From Utricularia gibba (taxonomy: Eukaryota; Plantae; Magnoliophyta), in contig NEEC01000009.1 in NCBI GenBank assembly GCA_002189035.1, forward strand, positions 3,162,001 through 3,226,000: a stretch of 64,000 bases of DNA, read 5' to 3'. How positions within the stretch are numbered: position 1 is the stretch's first letter; the number at the start of each line of letters is the position of its first letter. Below the pieces are notes generated by a model. That model saw only the letters and a program-made list of their open reading frames with translations, had not been told where the DNA came from and did no database searches. Positions 62,773-64,000 of the stretch are shown piece by piece. Both the position numbers and the translations under genes were made by a program.

Positions 62773-64000
62773 ATGGGCTGCGTTTGTGGTAAGCTATATC
62801 CCATTGGCAGCAATGGCTCTCCTGCGGAAAGGTTATCTGAGAAAGCACCAACGGAAGTGCAAATTTTGAGGTCAGTATCCTCAACGAGGAAGGAGAGGTA
62901 TCGCGTCAAGGATCGGCTAGATTCTAGCAGCACTAATGAGAGGGTGATACTGATGAATAAGCAAATCAGTGGTGGACATCTGAAAGAAAATGCTGATAGA
63001 AAGAGACAAAAGGCTGAGTATTCCTCAGCTTTGCGCGACTCTGGGTTGGTTGTGGTTCCTAAAGCAGTTGAGGGGGAACAGGTTGCGGCTGGATGGCCTT
63101 CTTGGTTGGCTGCAGTGGCAGGTGATGCCATTTCAGGATGGGTGCCAAGAAAGTCAGACTCTTTTGAGAAACTTGACAAGGTGTGTTACTTCTCATTCTC
63201 TGCTGCATCTTCTCGTTTTCTGTTGTGTGACCATTAAACATTCTGGTTACCCATGTGGGTCCTTTTTTGTAGATTGGTCAGGGGACTTACAGCAATGTAT
63301 ATCGTGCCCGAGATCTTGATCAAGGAAAGATTGTTGCTTTGAAGAAGGTAAGATTTGACAGCAATGAGCCAGAAAGTGTTCGGTTCATGGCTCGTGAAAT
63401 TCATATTTTACGGAGGCTAAACCATCCAAATGTAATTAAGTTGGAGGGCCTGGTCACTTCACGAATATCATGTAGCTTGTACCTCGTTTTTGAGTACATG
63501 GAGCATGATTTGACTGGACTTGCATCTCACCCTGGGCTGAAGCTCACAGAACCCCAGGTATCTATGTCATTTTTTGTTGGTAGACCCACAATGAGATTGT
63601 GTGAGGTTGGTCAGCATTCGATACGGCTTCTGATCAAATTGGGTTTTTTCTGATCCTTCGTTGTTCCTCTTCCAGGTTAAGTGTTACATGAAGCAACTTC
63701 TACAAGGGCTTGATCATTGTCACAGTCGAGGTGTTCTCCATCGTGACATAAAAGGTTCTAATCTTCTCATTGACAACAAAGGCATTCTGAAGATCGCGGA
63801 CTTTGGTCTGGGTAGCTTTTTTAATCCTGATCAAAGTCAGCAGCTGACAAGCCGTGTTGTGACTCTCTGGTACCGCCCCCCTGAGCTTCTTCTTGGCGCA
63901 TCCCACTATGGTGCTGCTGTTGATTTGTGGAGCTCTGGCTGTATTATTGCCGAATTATATGCAGGCAAGCCTATTATGCCTGGAAGGACAGAGGTAGCAA
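62773..64000 (+). CDS. CDK-related Ser/Thr kinase (plant CDKC-like / At1g54610 family), 5' part, runs off the right edge
   Basis: N-terminal MGC acylation motif, WPSWLAAVAGDAISGWVPR, IGQGTYSNVY, VALKKVRF, ESVRFMAREI, HRDIKGSNLL, DFG, TSRVVTLWYRPPELLLG. Confidence 0.93.

Overview
Eukaryotic nuclear DNA from a flowering plant (eudicot) with a very compact genome. The window holds about 26 spliced or single-exon protein genes, 2-3 pseudogene or remnant loci and one tRNA-Gly(TCC). Many introns are only 60-100 nt and several stop-to-stop or ATG-to-ATG gaps are 150-400 bp. This is reminiscent of Lentibulariaceae (Utricularia/Genlisea), which is an inference only. Gene order: DHAD (partial), SPC3, RBK-type kinase, TPR/EF-hand/ZZ protein, glyoxal oxidase, three tandem GH9 endoglucanases (with a TRIM retroelement and a foldback element between copies), HVA22-like, C2H2/PARP-like protein, AP-2 sigma, small membrane protein, At1g19990-like, FD-like bZIP, a broken ubiquitin-like/Myb-SANT-like chimera, plastocyanin, NDUFB2, HAD hydrolase, SUVH2/9, a GT14 pseudogene, UCP012943, a myosin VIII derivative, zinc-ribbon protein, CYP37, Mpv17/PMP22, tRNA-Gly, GH1 beta-glucosidase, FAR1-domain factor, KDSB and a CDK-like kinase (partial). 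The most notable item is an apparently intact 6-exon, about 421-aa headless class VIII myosin: N-terminal leader, IQ neck, coiled coil and tail, with the whole SH3-like and motor region absent from the genome. Also notable are a mosaic (gene-converted) GH9 copy and a complete TRIM with target-site duplication and a paralogous empty site. Five or six single-base losses, all placeable in G/C homopolymers, break otherwise intact genes and most likely reflect long-read consensus error. All exon models were built by eye; Arabidopsis locus names are recalled from memory and need BLAST confirmation.
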